Positions 51,878 through 62,390 of a stretch of 64,000 nucleotides of DNA are shown here, piece by piece. The stretch comes from Gemmatimonadaceae bacterium (lineage in GTDB: Bacteria; Gemmatimonadota; Gemmatimonadetes; Gemmatimonadales; Gemmatimonadaceae): assembly GCA_013361335.1 (NCBI GenBank), contig JABFYH010000003.1, positions 4,217-68,216 of the forward strand, in the 5' to 3' direction. A program made the translations under genes and the position numbers. The notes beneath the pieces are model-generated. The model saw nothing but the letters and a program-made list of their open reading frames with translations, ran no database searches and was not told the origin of the DNA. The stretch's first letter is position 1, and each line of letters opens with the position of its first letter.

Positions 51878-52624
51878 ATGCGTCTGCTTCGCATAGCTCC
51901 GCTGCTCCTCGTCTGCTCGGTCACCGCAGGCGCGCAGGCACCCGGCAAGTTCCCTCCCGATTCGCTGGTCAACACGAAGGTCATCCCGCACAACACGCCG
52001 GTGCCACAGGTGCTCGGCCTGATGCGCAACATCTCGGGCGACCTCGGCGTGCGCTGCCAGTTCTGCCACGTCGGCCGAGAGGGACAACCGCTCGCGCAGT
52101 TCGACTTCACGAGCGACGACAAGCGCACCAAGCAGGTGGCGCGACAGATGATGCTCATGCTGCAGGAGATCAATCGCCGGCTCGACACCATTCCGGCGCG
52201 GCCCACGCCCGGACTCCAGGCGACCTGCGGTACCTGTCACCGCGGCCTGAGCCGACCGATGCCGCTCGCAACCGCGATGGTGGAGACGGCGACGGCCGCC
52301 GGCGCCGACTCGGCCGTCCGCGCGTATCGCGCCCTTCGCACACGCTACTACGGGCGCGACGCGTACGACTTCGGGGAGACGTCGCTCAATCAGGCGGCGT
52401 TCCGGCTCGCCCGCGCCGGCAAGTTCGACGAGGCATTGGCGCTGCTCAAGCTCAACGAGGAGCAGTTCCCCACCTCGTCGGGGCTGTACGTCTTCCGCGG
52501 CAACGTTGCGCTGATGCGCGGCGACACGACGGGAGCCGCCGCGGCATTCCACGAGGCCGTGCGGCGCGATTCCACCAACAACGAAGCGCGCGGGCGGCTG
52601 CGCGACATCGGGCAGCGACCCTAA
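51878..52624 (+). CDS. Dihaem c-type cytochrome (reaction-centre cytochrome c family-like N-terminus) with a TPR-like C-terminus
   Basis: GGAGG lies 9 nt upstream of the ATG. Signal peptide, then two CxxCH motifs (LGVRCQFCH, CGTCH). The C-terminus is helical and TPR-like. The subfamily call is from memory only. Confidence 0.7.
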   Translation: MRLLRIAPLLLVCSVTAGAQAPGKFPPDSLVNTKVIPHNTPVPQVLGLMRNISGDLGVRCQFCHVGREGQPLAQFDFTSDDKRTKQVARQMMLMLQEINRRLDTIPARPTPGLQATCGTCHRGLSRPMPLATAMVETATAAGADSAVRAYRALRTRYYGRDAYDFGETSLNQAAFRLARAGKFDEALALLKLNEEQFPTSSGLYVFRGNVALMRGDTTGAAAAFHEAVRRDSTNNEARGRLRDIGQRP

Positions 52625-53748
52625 GCTGCCCCGACGCTCGTGATCTGAGCGGGTGGTGCGAGGGCTGCGGCGGCCGCCCCGGCTGTCGCGTTCAGACGTG
52701 CGCGCAGGAAGGCGAGCACCTCGTTCTCGTGGTGGCGCAGCATCGGACCGGAGGCCTGGCGCTGCTGCCACTCGGGCTTGAGCTCGGGGGGCAGCACGTC
52801 ACCGTCGAGATACGCCGTGAGGAGCGCCGGATGGATGTAGTACTTCCGGCAGACGCTGCGCGTGTTGCCGAGCATGGCTGCCGTGCGATCCACGGCGACC
52901 TTGATGTTCTTCTCGGCTGCCTTCCTCGTCGGCGCGGGCCCGAGCTCGCGCAGCGCGGCCGCGGCGTGCATCGTCCCCGCCCAGGTCCGGAAATCCTTCG
53001 CCGTCACCTCGCGACCCGCAGCCTCGCGCAGATACGCGTTGACGTCCTCCGCCTGCACCACCTGCCGCTGCCCGGTGTCGTCGACGTACTGGAACAGCTC
53101 GTAGCCGGGCAGCTCGGCGCAGCGCTGCACGATGCGCGCGATGCGGCGGTCCGTCACCGAGACCGCGTGTGCCACCCCGCTCTTCCCGCGGAACTCGAAC
53201 CGCATCCGTGAGCCCTCGATCTGCACGTGCTTGCGGCGCAGCGTCGTGAGACCGTAGGACTTGTTCGCCTTCGCGTACTCCTGCGTGCCGACGCGAATCA
53301 GCGTGCGCTCGAGCAGCCACACGACCGTCGCCATCACCTTGTCGCGCGGGAGATCGGGGAGCGCGATGTCCGACTCGACGCGCTCACGCACCTTCCACAG
53401 CACGTCGCTCAGCGCGATCATGCGCTCGAACTTCGTGCCGTCGCGCTGATCGCGGAACGACTGATGGTAGCGGTACTGCTTGCGGCCGCGTAGATCGCGC
53501 GCCGTCACCTGGAGATGCCCGTCGGGGTCGGGGCAGATCCAGACGTCGGTCCATGCCGGCGGGATGACGAGCGACCGGAAGCGCCGCAGCATCGCGCGGT
53601 CGCGAATGACCTTCCCCTCTGGATCGGTATACGTGAAGCCTCGGCCATGCCGCTTGCGACGAATGCCGGGCATCGCATCCGTCACGTAGCGAAGCCCCAC
53701 CGCCTCGGCGGAGCTCACGTACTCGGCGACAGCGGGGTTGACCAACAC
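52621..53748 (-). CDS. DNA topoisomerase IB (bacterial, poxvirus-like)
   Basis: AVGLRYVTD, RGRKQYRYH, LERTLIRVG, and the catalytic-Tyr region SVCRKYYIHP. The start is GTG. The stop overlaps the convergent cytochrome stop by 4 nt. Confidence 0.85.
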   Translation of the reverse strand: MLVNPAVAEYVSSAEAVGLRYVTDAMPGIRRKRHGRGFTYTDPEGKVIRDRAMLRRFRSLVIPPAWTDVWICPDPDGHLQVTARDLRGRKQYRYHQSFRDQRDGTKFERMIALSDVLWKVRERVESDIALPDLPRDKVMATVVWLLERTLIRVGTQEYAKANKSYGLTTLRRKHVQIEGSRMRFEFRGKSGVAHAVSVTDRRIARIVQRCAELPGYELFQYVDDTGQRQVVQAEDVNAYLREAAGREVTAKDFRTWAGTMHAAAALRELGPAPTRKAAEKNIKVAVDRTAAMLGNTRSVCRKYYIHPALLTAYLDGDVLPPELKPEWQQRQASGPMLRHHENEVLAFLRARLNATAGAAAAALAPPAQITSVGAA

Positions 53749-53916
53749 GTCCTCCTCGAACGGCGGCGTCCGATGGTGGTGGCTGGCCCCACATGAGCCA
53801 GCTTCTGCACAGGAGGACGGAGAAGGGCGTCCGAAGCAACTCCGCTACCGAACAGAGCCCGAACATTATTCTCGCCGTCGCTGGTTGGCGGGACGGGCGA
53901 GGCCTATCGTTCGGCC

Positions 53917-54375
53917 ATGCACTCCATCGCCACGATCGGATACGAGGGCGCTACCGTCGCCACCTTCCAGCAGGCGATCCGCGACGCCGGGATCGACCTG
54001 GTAGTGGACGTCCGCGCGCTCGCCAGCTCACGTCGCCCCGGCTTCGCCAAGACGCGCCTCGCTGCGAACGCGAAGGAGGCCGGAGCCGAGTACCTGCACC
54101 TGCGGGCGCTGGGCACGCCGGCCGAAGGGCGTGCCGCTGCCCGCGCCGGCCATCATGCGGAGATGCAGCGCATCTTCCGGCAGCAGCTCGCCACGCCGGA
54201 AGCGCAGGAGGAGCTGGCGCTCGCGGCAGATCTCGTCAGGCAGGGGCGGCGCATCTGCCTCCTCTGCTTCGAGGCCGATCCGGCCCACTGCCACCGCCGG
54301 ATCGTCGCCTCGGCACTGTCCGCGCTCGTATCGATGCCCGTCGTCGATCTCTTTCCGGGTGACGAGGACCTGTGA
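53917..54375 (+). CDS. DUF488 family protein
   Basis: IATIGYEG, LVVDVRA, RPGFAK, and LLCFEADPAHCHRRIV. Confidence 0.8.
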   Translation: MHSIATIGYEGATVATFQQAIRDAGIDLVVDVRALASSRRPGFAKTRLAANAKEAGAEYLHLRALGTPAEGRAAARAGHHAEMQRIFRQQLATPEAQEELALAADLVRQGRRICLLCFEADPAHCHRRIVASALSALVSMPVVDLFPGDEDL

Positions 54376-54462
54376 CGGGCGTCACTTGAATTGAGCGGCC
54401 GAGCTCGGTAGCCTGAAGCCGCTGCTTCCCGCTGTCCAACCGCGGCCAACCCGGAGCGCACC

Positions 54463-55305
54463 GTGCCGACCCACTCGACCTCTTCGCCGCAGGATCTGTC
54501 CGCCCTCGTCCACAAGAAGGAGCGGCTCTATCACGCCGTCATGCTGGCGTTCAGCGCCGTCGTGTACGGCAGCCTGGCGCTGATGGTGGTGAACGTGCCG
54601 GCGACGGGTGGCGTCGTCCTCGGCTACGGCGTCCTCTTCGCCCTGCTGTTCTTCATGATGCACGGCTTGATGCTCGGCAACGTGCGCGGCAATGGCGTCC
54701 GCGTCACCGCGACGCAGTTCCCGACGCTGCACGCCACGGTGGCGCGTCATGCCGAGGCGCTGGGGCTGAAGAAGGCGCCCGACGTCTTCCTGCTGCAGGC
54801 GGGCGGTCTGCTCAACGCGTTCGCCACCCGGTTCCTCGGCCGCGACTTCGTCGTGCTGTATTCGGACGTCCTGGCGATGGCGGAGAAGGAAGGACAGGCG
54901 GTGGTCGGTTGGATCATCGCGCACGAGCTGGCGCATGTCCGCCGCGGGCACCTCAGGCGCCGGTGGATGATCATGCCGGGCCGGCTCATCCCCTACCTCG
55001 GCGCCGCGTACTCCCGCGCGTGCGAGTACACCTGCGACCGTTTCGCCGCGCACTGTCAGCCCGATGGCGCCGTGGACGGGCTGCTGGCCCTTGCCGCCGG
55101 ACCGGAGCTGTACCGCCGCGTGGATGCGCGCGAGTTCGCCGAGCAGGTGCAGACCGAGGGTGGCTTCTGGGTGCGGCGCGCCGAGCTGCTCGCTTCGCAT
55201 CCCACGCTGCCGAAGCGCGTCGCCGCGGTGATCGCGGCGGGGGCCAACGTGCCGGCCTACTCACCTGTCCACGCCGACGCGCCCGCCTGGCTGACGAGCG
55301 CCTGA
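54463..55305 (+). CDS. M48 family zinc metalloprotease, membrane-bound
   Basis: Two N-terminal TM helices, the HExxH motif in IIAHELAHVRRGH, and a downstream CEYTCDRFAA. The start is GTG. Confidence 0.75.
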   Translation: MPTHSTSSPQDLSALVHKKERLYHAVMLAFSAVVYGSLALMVVNVPATGGVVLGYGVLFALLFFMMHGLMLGNVRGNGVRVTATQFPTLHATVARHAEALGLKKAPDVFLLQAGGLLNAFATRFLGRDFVVLYSDVLAMAEKEGQAVVGWIIAHELAHVRRGHLRRRWMIMPGRLIPYLGAAYSRACEYTCDRFAAHCQPDGAVDGLLALAAGPELYRRVDAREFAEQVQTEGGFWVRRAELLASHPTLPKRVAAVIAAGANVPAYSPVHADAPAWLTSA

Positions 55306-55348
55306 CCGAGTCACGCTCGCCGCGCTCGCCCCGGCGGTCGAACCGGCG

Positions 55349-56566
55349 TCAGCCGACGGCCGCCGGGCCGAACAGAACCTTGGCCCGCTCGATCGACCGC
55401 ACCAGCGCATCCACGTCGCCCTCGTCGCTGTAGACGTAGAACGACGCGCGCGCCGTGGCGGAGACACCGAGGCGCCGCATCAGCGGCTGCGCGCAGTGGT
55501 GACCGGCGCGGATGCACACGCCGTCCTGATCGAGCACCGTCGCGAGGTCGTGCGGGTGGATGTCGCTCACCGTGAAGCTGACCACCCCACTCCGCTGGTT
55601 CGCCGGCGGCCCGTAGACGCGCAGCCCTTCGATCCCGGCCAGACGCTCCGTCGCGAGTCGCACCAGCCCCTGCTCGTGCGCCAGCACGGCGTCCATCCCG
55701 ATCGCGTCGAGATAGTCGCACGCTGCGGCGAGGCCGACGGCGTCGCCGACGTTCGGCGTGCCTGCCTCGAACTTGTGCGGGAGCACGTTCCAGGTGGAGT
55801 GATCGTCGCGGACGAACTCGATCATGTCGCCACCGAACTGGTAGGGCGACATCGCCTCGAGAGTGGCCCGACGTCCGATCAACCCGCCGATCCCCATCGG
55901 CCCGCACATCTTGTGGCCGCTGAAGGCGTAGAAGTCGACACCGAGGCCGTCGAAGCCGACCCGAAGGTGGGGCACCGCCTGCGCACCGTCGCACACCGCG
56001 AGCGCGCCGACGCCGTGCGCGATCTCGGCCAGCGTGCGCACGTCGTTCATCGTGCCGAGCGCGTTGGACACATGGCTGAATGCGACCAGCCGGGTACGCG
56101 GGCCGACCAGGCGACGCATCGCGTCCAGGTCCACGTGATGGTCGGCGGTCAGCGGGCAGACGACGAACCGCGCACCGCGGGCCAGGGCGAGCTGCTGCCA
56201 GGGGACGAAGTTGGCGTGGTGCTCCAGTCCGGTGACGACGATCTCGTCGCCAGGCCCGACGTTGGCCGGACCCCAGGCCGTCGCGACGAGGTTGAGAGCC
56301 TCTGTGGTGCCCCGCGTGAAGATGAGGCAGTCGGCATCGGCGACTCCGACGAAGCGGGCGACCCGCTCGCGCGCCGCATGATACCGCTCGGTCGCCCGCG
56401 CCGAGAGGTCGTAGGCGCCGCGGTGGGGATTGGCGTTGTCGCGCTCGTAGTAATCGCGCATCGCGTCCAGCACGACGCGTGGCTTCTGCGAGGTGGCCGC
56501 GGAGTCGAGGTAGTGCAACCCCGGTGTGGCGGCGAGCAGGGGAAAGTCCTGGCGGCGCGCGCTCAT
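55349..56566 (-). CDS. sufS: Cysteine desulfurase SufS
   Basis: RQDFPLL...YLDSAATSQKP, PLP-Lys block FSGHKMCGPMGIGGL, and catalytic Cys loop IRAGHHCAQPLM. ATG 56566 overlaps the upstream stop (ATGA). Confidence 0.9.
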   Translation of the reverse strand: MSARRQDFPLLAATPGLHYLDSAATSQKPRVVLDAMRDYYERDNANPHRGAYDLSARATERYHAARERVARFVGVADADCLIFTRGTTEALNLVATAWGPANVGPGDEIVVTGLEHHANFVPWQQLALARGARFVVCPLTADHHVDLDAMRRLVGPRTRLVAFSHVSNALGTMNDVRTLAEIAHGVGALAVCDGAQAVPHLRVGFDGLGVDFYAFSGHKMCGPMGIGGLIGRRATLEAMSPYQFGGDMIEFVRDDHSTWNVLPHKFEAGTPNVGDAVGLAAACDYLDAIGMDAVLAHEQGLVRLATERLAGIEGLRVYGPPANQRSGVVSFTVSDIHPHDLATVLDQDGVCIRAGHHCAQPLMRRLGVSATARASFYVYSDEGDVDALVRSIERAKVLFGPAAVG

Positions 56567-56907
56567 GCGCTGCGTCCCATCGCACCGCCGAGCCGGGGCC
56601 CGACCAGCACGCGCCCCCCTTCGACGCGCACGGAGTAGACCGCGAGCGGGTCGATCGCCGGCGGGCGGCGCACGACGCCGGTGCGGCAGTCGAACCGCGC
56701 GCCGTGCCACGCGCACTCGATCGTGCCGTCGCCGTGCAGCGTGCCGTCCGCCATCGCGAACTCGGCGTGGGTGCACTGGCCGCCGACCGCGCCGATCTCC
56801 CCGTCCCGATTGTAGAGGCAGACCACCGTGCCGTCGGGGAGGGTCGCGCCGAGCAGTCCACCCTCGGCGAGGTCGGTGGTCGCGGCGACGTCGACGTGGC
56901 TACTCAC
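56563..56907 (-). CDS. Rieske [2Fe-2S] domain protein embedded in the suf operon
   Basis: Cluster ligand motifs CTHAEF (CxH) and CAWHGARF (CxxH). 114 aa with a GTG start that overlaps the sufU 3' end by 8 nt. Confidence 0.8.
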   Translation of the reverse strand: MSSHVDVAATTDLAEGGLLGATLPDGTVVCLYNRDGEIGAVGGQCTHAEFAMADGTLHGDGTIECAWHGARFDCRTGVVRRPPAIDPLAVYSVRVEGGRVLVGPRLGGAMGRSA

Positions 56908-57346
56908 GCGCCGCCTCGTCGCGCATCGCGCTCTGCAGCGAATGCCAGGCCATGCTCGCGCACTTCACGCGAATCGGAAAGCGCGACACGCCGCTGAACG
57001 CCGCCATCTCGCCGAGCGACCGAGCTTCTTGCGGTGTGGGCTTGAGCTTCCCGGTCACCAGCTCGTGGAACTGCGTGAACAGCCGCTCGGCCTCGGCCCT
57101 GGTCTTTCCCTTGACCGTCTGCGTCATGATGGACGCGGAGGCGCGGGAGACGGCGCAGCCCTCCGACGTGAAGCGGACGTCGGCGATGATGTCGTTCTCG
57201 ACCTTCAGCTCCAGCACGATCTCGTCGCCGCAGGCCGGATTGCGGTCGTGGCGCCGCGTCGTGGCCCCTTCCAGCGGGCCGTAGTTCTTGGGCCGCCGGT
57301 TGTGGTCGAGGATGATCGACTGGTACAGCTCGTTGAGGTCGGACAT
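56900..57346 (-). CDS. sufU: SUF-system Fe-S scaffold / sulfur acceptor SufU (NifU N-terminal-like)
   Basis: LYQSIILDHNRRPKNYG, NPACGDEI, EGCAVSRASAS, RVKCASMAW. Confidence 0.85.
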   Translation of the reverse strand: MSDLNELYQSIILDHNRRPKNYGPLEGATTRRHDRNPACGDEIVLELKVENDIIADVRFTSEGCAVSRASASIMTQTVKGKTRAEAERLFTQFHELVTGKLKPTPQEARSLGEMAAFSGVSRFPIRVKCASMAWHSLQSAMRDEAARE

Positions 57347-57356
57347 CTTAAGCCCT

Positions 57357-58663
57357 TCACGACTCCGTGTACCGCTTCAAGACGGCGGCCTCGAGCCCCT
57401 CACGCACCTCCGCCAGCTCGATCGTCTCGAGGACGTCCGCGGCGAAGGCATAGGTGAGCAGCTCGCGCGCCGTGCGCGCGTTGATGCCGCGGCTCTTCAT
57501 GTAGAAGAGCGACGTCTCGTCCAGCCGACCGACCGTGGCGCCGTGCGTGCACTTGACGTCGTCGGCGAAGATCTCCAGCTGCGGCTTGGTGTCGATCTGG
57601 GCGCGCTCGGACAGCAGCAGGGTGTTGTTCGTCTGCTTGCCGTCCGTCTTCTGCGCCGCGGGATGCACGTAGACCTTGCCGTTGAACACCCCGTGCGACG
57701 CGCCGTCCAGAATCCCCTTGTACAGCTCGCGGCTGTAGCAGTTGGGTGCGATGTGCTCGATCCGCGTCTGGTGGTCGATATGCTGGCGGTCGTCACCCAG
57801 ATACAGGCCATTGAGAGTCGCGCCACATCCCTCGCCGCGCAGCTCCGTGTACACGTTCGTGCGCGAGAGCGCGGCGCCGATGGCGAAGCTGAACGACACG
57901 AGGTGGCTGTCGCGTCCCTGCTGCACGTCGAGCGTGCCGACGTGATACGCCTGCGCGGACTCCCGCTGGAGCTTGAGGTGGGTGAGCGTCGCACCCTCGC
58001 CGATCGTCGCCTCCGTCACCGTGTTGGTGAAGTACGCGCCCGCTCCGCGCGCCACCGTGGCGTAGCTCTCGATCACCGTCGCCTTCGCGAAGCGATCGAG
58101 CACGATCAGGTTGCGCGGCTGGGCGATCCCGTCCACCGCCTTCGCGTCGCTCACGAAGAGCAGATGGATCGGGCGCGCCACCTCGATGTCCTTCCCGACG
58201 TGCACCACGGCGCCGTCGTTGATGAACGCCGTGTTGAGCGCGGTGAAGGTGTGCGCGTCGATCGACGCGATGCGCCCCACGTGCTGCTCGAGCAGCAGGG
58301 GCAGCTCGTCGTAGGCGCGGGCCAGCGGCAGGACGGAGACGCCGTCCGGCAGCCCGGCCGCGCTCGAGAGCCCTGCGTCGTACCGGCCGTTCACGAATAC
58401 CAGCGTGTGCCACCCCTCGCCGCCGAAGGTGAACGGGGCGAGCTGCGCCGCGGATACCCCGCTCGTCGCCGAGGTGAGCGGCGCGAAGTCGCGCTCGGCG
58501 ATCGGCGCCACCGAGGTGAAGTGCCAGTCCTCGTTGCGGGTGCTCGGAAAGCCCAGCTCCTCGAACCGGGTGATGCCCGACAGGCGCAGCGAGCGCGCCC
58601 AGGAGGGCGCGGCGGCGCCGCCGTTCCGCGAGAACGCCTCGAACCCCTTGAGGTACGTCTCGA

Positions 58664-58667
<4 letters not shown>
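57357..58667 (-). CDS. sufD: Fe-S cluster assembly protein SufD
   Basis: GTG 58667 overlaps the sufC stop (GTGA). The 436-aa protein has a SufB/D-type beta-helix region and a C-terminal LFYMKSRGINARTARELLTYAF. Confidence 0.85.
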
Positions 58668-59416
<749 letters not shown>

Positions 59417-59430
59417 GAGTACCGATGTGT

Positions 59431-59510
59431 GTGAACCGTGATCCGTGAACCGTGAACCGTGAACCGTGAGTGCCGCCGTGACGGTTCACGGTTCACGGAT
59501 CACCGTTCAC
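59431..59510 (-). repeat. Inverted heptamer arrays forming a long hairpin in the sufB-sufC intergenic region
   Basis: The plus strand reads GTGAACC GTGATCC GTGAACC x3 ... then GGTTCAC-type units in inverse orientation. 59438-59460 pairs perfectly (23 bp) with 59481-59503. Pairing extends to 59431/59510 with one mismatch, and alternative 7-nt registers are possible. Confidence 0.95.
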
Positions 59511-59513
59511 CGG

Positions 59514-60950
59514 CTATCCAACCGAACCCTCCAGGGTGATACCAAGCAGCTGCTGCGCCTCGAGGGCGAACTCCATCGGCAGCTCCTTGAACACTTCCTT
59601 GCAGAAGCCGCTCACGATCATGCTCACCGCCTGCTCGGCGCTGAGCCCGCGCTGCTTCAGGTAGAAGATCTGGTCCTCGCCGATCTTGCTCGTCGAGGCC
59701 TCGTGCTCCACCTGCGCGCTGTTGTTTCCCACCTCGATGTACGGAAAGGTGTGCGCCCCGCACTCGTTGCCGACGAGCATGGAGTCGCACTGCGTGTAGT
59801 TGCGCGCCCCTTCCGCCTTCGGCATCACCTTGACCTGCCCGCGGTAGCTGTTCTGCCCGCGGCCGGCCGAGATGCCCTTGCTCACGATGTTGGACTTCGT
59901 GTTGCGGCCGATGTGGATCATCTTGGTGCCGGTGTCCGCCTGCTGGCGGTTGTTCACGACGGCCACGCTGTAGAACTCACCCGTCGAGTTGTCCCCCTGC
60001 AGGATGACGCTCGGATACTTCCAGGTGATCGCGCTGCCGGTCTCCACCTGCGTCCACGAGATCTTCGAGTTCGCCCCCGCGCACTTGCCGCGCTTGGTCA
60101 CGAAGTTGTAGATGCCCCCCTGACCCTCCTTGTCGCCGGCATACCAGTTCTGCACGGTCGAGTACTTGATCGTCGCGTCCTTGAGCGCGACCAGCTCGAC
60201 GACCGCGGCATGGAGCTGGTTCGTCGAGCGCTTGGGCGCCGTGCACCCCTCGAGGTAGCTCACGTAGGCCCCCTCGTCGGCGACGATCAGCGTGCGCTCG
60301 AACTGCCCCGTCCCCTCCGCGTTGATGCGGAAGTAGGTGCTCAGCTCCATCGGGCAGCGCACTCCCTTGGGGACGTACACGAACGACCCGTCGCTGAACA
60401 CCGCGGCGTTGAGCGCGGCGAAGAAGTTGTCCGAATGCGGCACCACCGAGCCGAGATACTTCTCCACCAGCTCCGGGTGCTCCTTCACCGCCTCGCCCAG
60501 CGAGCAGAAGATGATCCCCAGCTCGGCCAGCTCCGCCTTCATCGTCGTTCCGACGCTCACCGAGTCGAAGATGGCGTCCACCGCGACGCCCGAGAGGAAC
60601 TTCTGCTCGTTGAGCGGAATGCCCAGCTTCTCGTAGGTGCGCAGCAGCTCCGGATCCACCTCGTCCAGCGACTGGAGAGGAGTAACTGACTTTGGAGCAG
60701 AATAGTACGACTGCTCCTGATAGTCGATCGGCGGGTAGGTGACGTTCGCCCAGTGCGGCTCCTTCATCGTGAGCCAGCGGCGATACGCCTTGAGGCGCCA
60801 GTCGAGCAGCCACGCCGGCTCCTGCTTCTTTGCCGAGATGAGGCGGATGACCGCTTCGCTCAGGCCGGGCGGGATCGTATCGGTGTCGACGTCCGTGACG
60901 AAGCCGTACTGGTACTCCCGATTGACGAGCGTTTCGATGGACGAGCTCAT
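59514..60950 (-). CDS. sufB: Fe-S cluster assembly protein SufB
   Basis: 478 aa. [36 protein letters not shown], and a C-terminal [24 protein letters not shown]. Confidence 0.95.
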   Translation of the reverse strand: MSSSIETLVNREYQYGFVTDVDTDTIPPGLSEAVIRLISAKKQEPAWLLDWRLKAYRRWLTMKEPHWANVTYPPIDYQEQSYYSAPKSVTPLQSLDEVDPELLRTYEKLGIPLNEQKFLSGVAVDAIFDSVSVGTTMKAELAELGIIFCSLGEAVKEHPELVEKYLGSVVPHSDNFFAALNAAVFSDGSFVYVPKGVRCPMELSTYFRINAEGTGQFERTLIVADEGAYVSYLEGCTAPKRSTNQLHAAVVELVALKDATIKYSTVQNWYAGDKEGQGGIYNFVTKRGKCAGANSKISWTQVETGSAITWKYPSVILQGDNSTGEFYSVAVVNNRQQADTGTKMIHIGRNTKSNIVSKGISAGRGQNSYRGQVKVMPKAEGARNYTQCDSMLVGNECGAHTFPYIEVGNNSAQVEHEASTSKIGEDQIFYLKQRGLSAEQAVSMIVSGFCKEVFKELPMEFALEAQQLLGITLEGSVG

Positions 60951-61024
60951 GACCGCAGACCCCTTGGACCGGAAATGCTGGCGTTCGCCACGTCGGCCTC
61001 GATGGGCGGCGGCGATACAAGACT

Positions 61025-61053
61025 AAAGTAGTCGGTAATGGTCGCGGAGTCAA
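61025..61053 (-). promoter_or_regulatory. Candidate sigma70-type promoter of the suf operon
   Basis: On the minus strand: TTGACT (61053-61048), a 17-nt spacer, then TACTTT (61030-61025). It lies about 70 nt upstream of the sufB ATG in the only AT-rich patch of the intergenic region. This is pattern matching only. Confidence 0.35.
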
Positions 61054-61194
61054 CGCGGGTGCAATCGATCTAAACGTAATGATCGCATGTGCTTAGACCA
61101 TTTTTCGCGCGTCGGTTCCCCGGCCGCCGCGCTGGCTGCCCCGAGGTGCACGCGCCATCTTGCAGCCACATCGAACACGAGCGGAGCCATCACG

Positions 61195-61554
61195 ATGATC
61201 CCACAGCCGACGTCGAGGGCGGTTGGGCAGGAATACGGGTGGGGAGACGGGTGTCAGGGGTGGCACCTGGTCCGCGCGCAGAACCTCAGCGTGATCGAGG
61301 AGCGCATGCCGCCGGGCACCTGCGAGACGCGGCACTGGCACGCCCGCGCTCGCCAGTTCTTCTACGTCCTCAGCGGCACGCTCACCCTCGAAGTCGAAGG
61401 GATGACCCATAGCCTGGCCCCACGCACCGGGATGGAGCTGCCACCGGGAATGGCTCATCAGGTCCTCAACGAGACGATCGCCGACGTGGAGTTTCTCGTC
61501 ATCTCGGAGCCGCCCACCCGCGGCGACCGCCACGAGACCGGGCTGACGCAGTAG
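61195..61554 (+). CDS. Cupin domain protein
   Basis: Cupin motif 1 ETRHWHARARQFFYVLSGT and motif 2 PPGMAHQV. ATG 61195 is chosen. Confidence 0.75.
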   Translation: MIPQPTSRAVGQEYGWGDGCQGWHLVRAQNLSVIEERMPPGTCETRHWHARARQFFYVLSGTLTLEVEGMTHSLAPRTGMELPPGMAHQVLNETIADVEFLVISEPPTRGDRHETGLTQ

Positions 61555-62390
61555 TGGGCGCACTCCCGAGCTACTGCGCGTCGCGCTACGTCCAGCCCCT
61601 GCGCGAAGGAGGATCGCTCCCCGCCGTCGTCGACACCGAGGGCGGCCTCTTCGTCGTCAAGTTTCGCGGCGCAGGGCAGGGAACCAAGGTGCTCGTCGCC
61701 GAGCTCATCGTCGGTGGCCTGGCGCTGCGGCTCGGCCTGCCGACGCCGGAGCTCGCCCTCGTGGAGATCTCATCCCGCTTCGGTCGCAGCGAGCCCGACC
61801 CCGAGATTCAGGACCTCCTGCGAAAGAGTCACGGCGTCAACGTCGGGAACCGCTACCTCGACGGTGCGTTCAACTTCGACCTCTCGGCCGCCGGCTCGCT
61901 CGTCCCGTCCGACCTCGCGGCACGGATCGTCTGGCTCGACGCCTTCACGACGAACCCCGATCGCACCGCGCGCAACCCGAACCTGCTCGTCTGGCAGCGA
62001 CAGCCCTGGCTCATCGACCATGGCGCCGCGCTCTACGCGCATCACGACTGGGCATCGGTGGACGGCGAGCGCACTCGCACCCCCTTTCCGCTCATCCGTT
62101 CGCACGTGCTGTTGCGGCAGAGCGGCGACCTGACCGTCGCCGACCGCGAGTGCGCCGCGCGGCTGACCGACGATGCGATCCGGGACGTCGTCTCGTCGGT
62201 GCCCGACAGCCTGCTCGTGGACCCGGCCGGCGGCGCGAACGACTTCGCCAGCGGCGACGAAGCCCGCGACCGCTACCTGCGCTATCTCACGGAACGCCTG
62301 GCCGAGCCGCGAGAGTTTCTGCGTGAAGCGATCGCCGCGCAGGAGCAGGTTCGTCTGGAGCCGCCCCTGCACCTGAAGGCGCGCCGGTGA
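61554..62390 (+). CDS. HipA-like / PI3-4-kinase-fold protein kinase
   Basis: Catalytic-loop-like TNPDRTARNPNLLV (D-R-x-x-x-N), metal-binding LIDHGAAL, and an N-terminal VVKFRGAGQG. The GTG start shares one base with the cupin stop (TAGTG). Confidence 0.55.
   Translation: MGALPSYCASRYVQPLREGGSLPAVVDTEGGLFVVKFRGAGQGTKVLVAELIVGGLALRLGLPTPELALVEISSRFGRSEPDPEIQDLLRKSHGVNVGNRYLDGAFNFDLSAAGSLVPSDLAARIVWLDAFTTNPDRTARNPNLLVWQRQPWLIDHGAALYAHHDWASVDGERTRTPFPLIRSHVLLRQSGDLTVADRECAARLTDDAIRDVVSSVPDSLLVDPAGGANDFASGDEARDRYLRYLTERLAEPREFLREAIAAQEQVRLEPPLHLKARR

Noticed and set aside
52621-53748. Topoisomerase IB as a marker of a prophage or mobile island.
   Set aside because: No integrase, transposase, tRNA target, direct repeats or phage structural genes lie nearby. 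The flanking genes have the same composition as the rest of the window.
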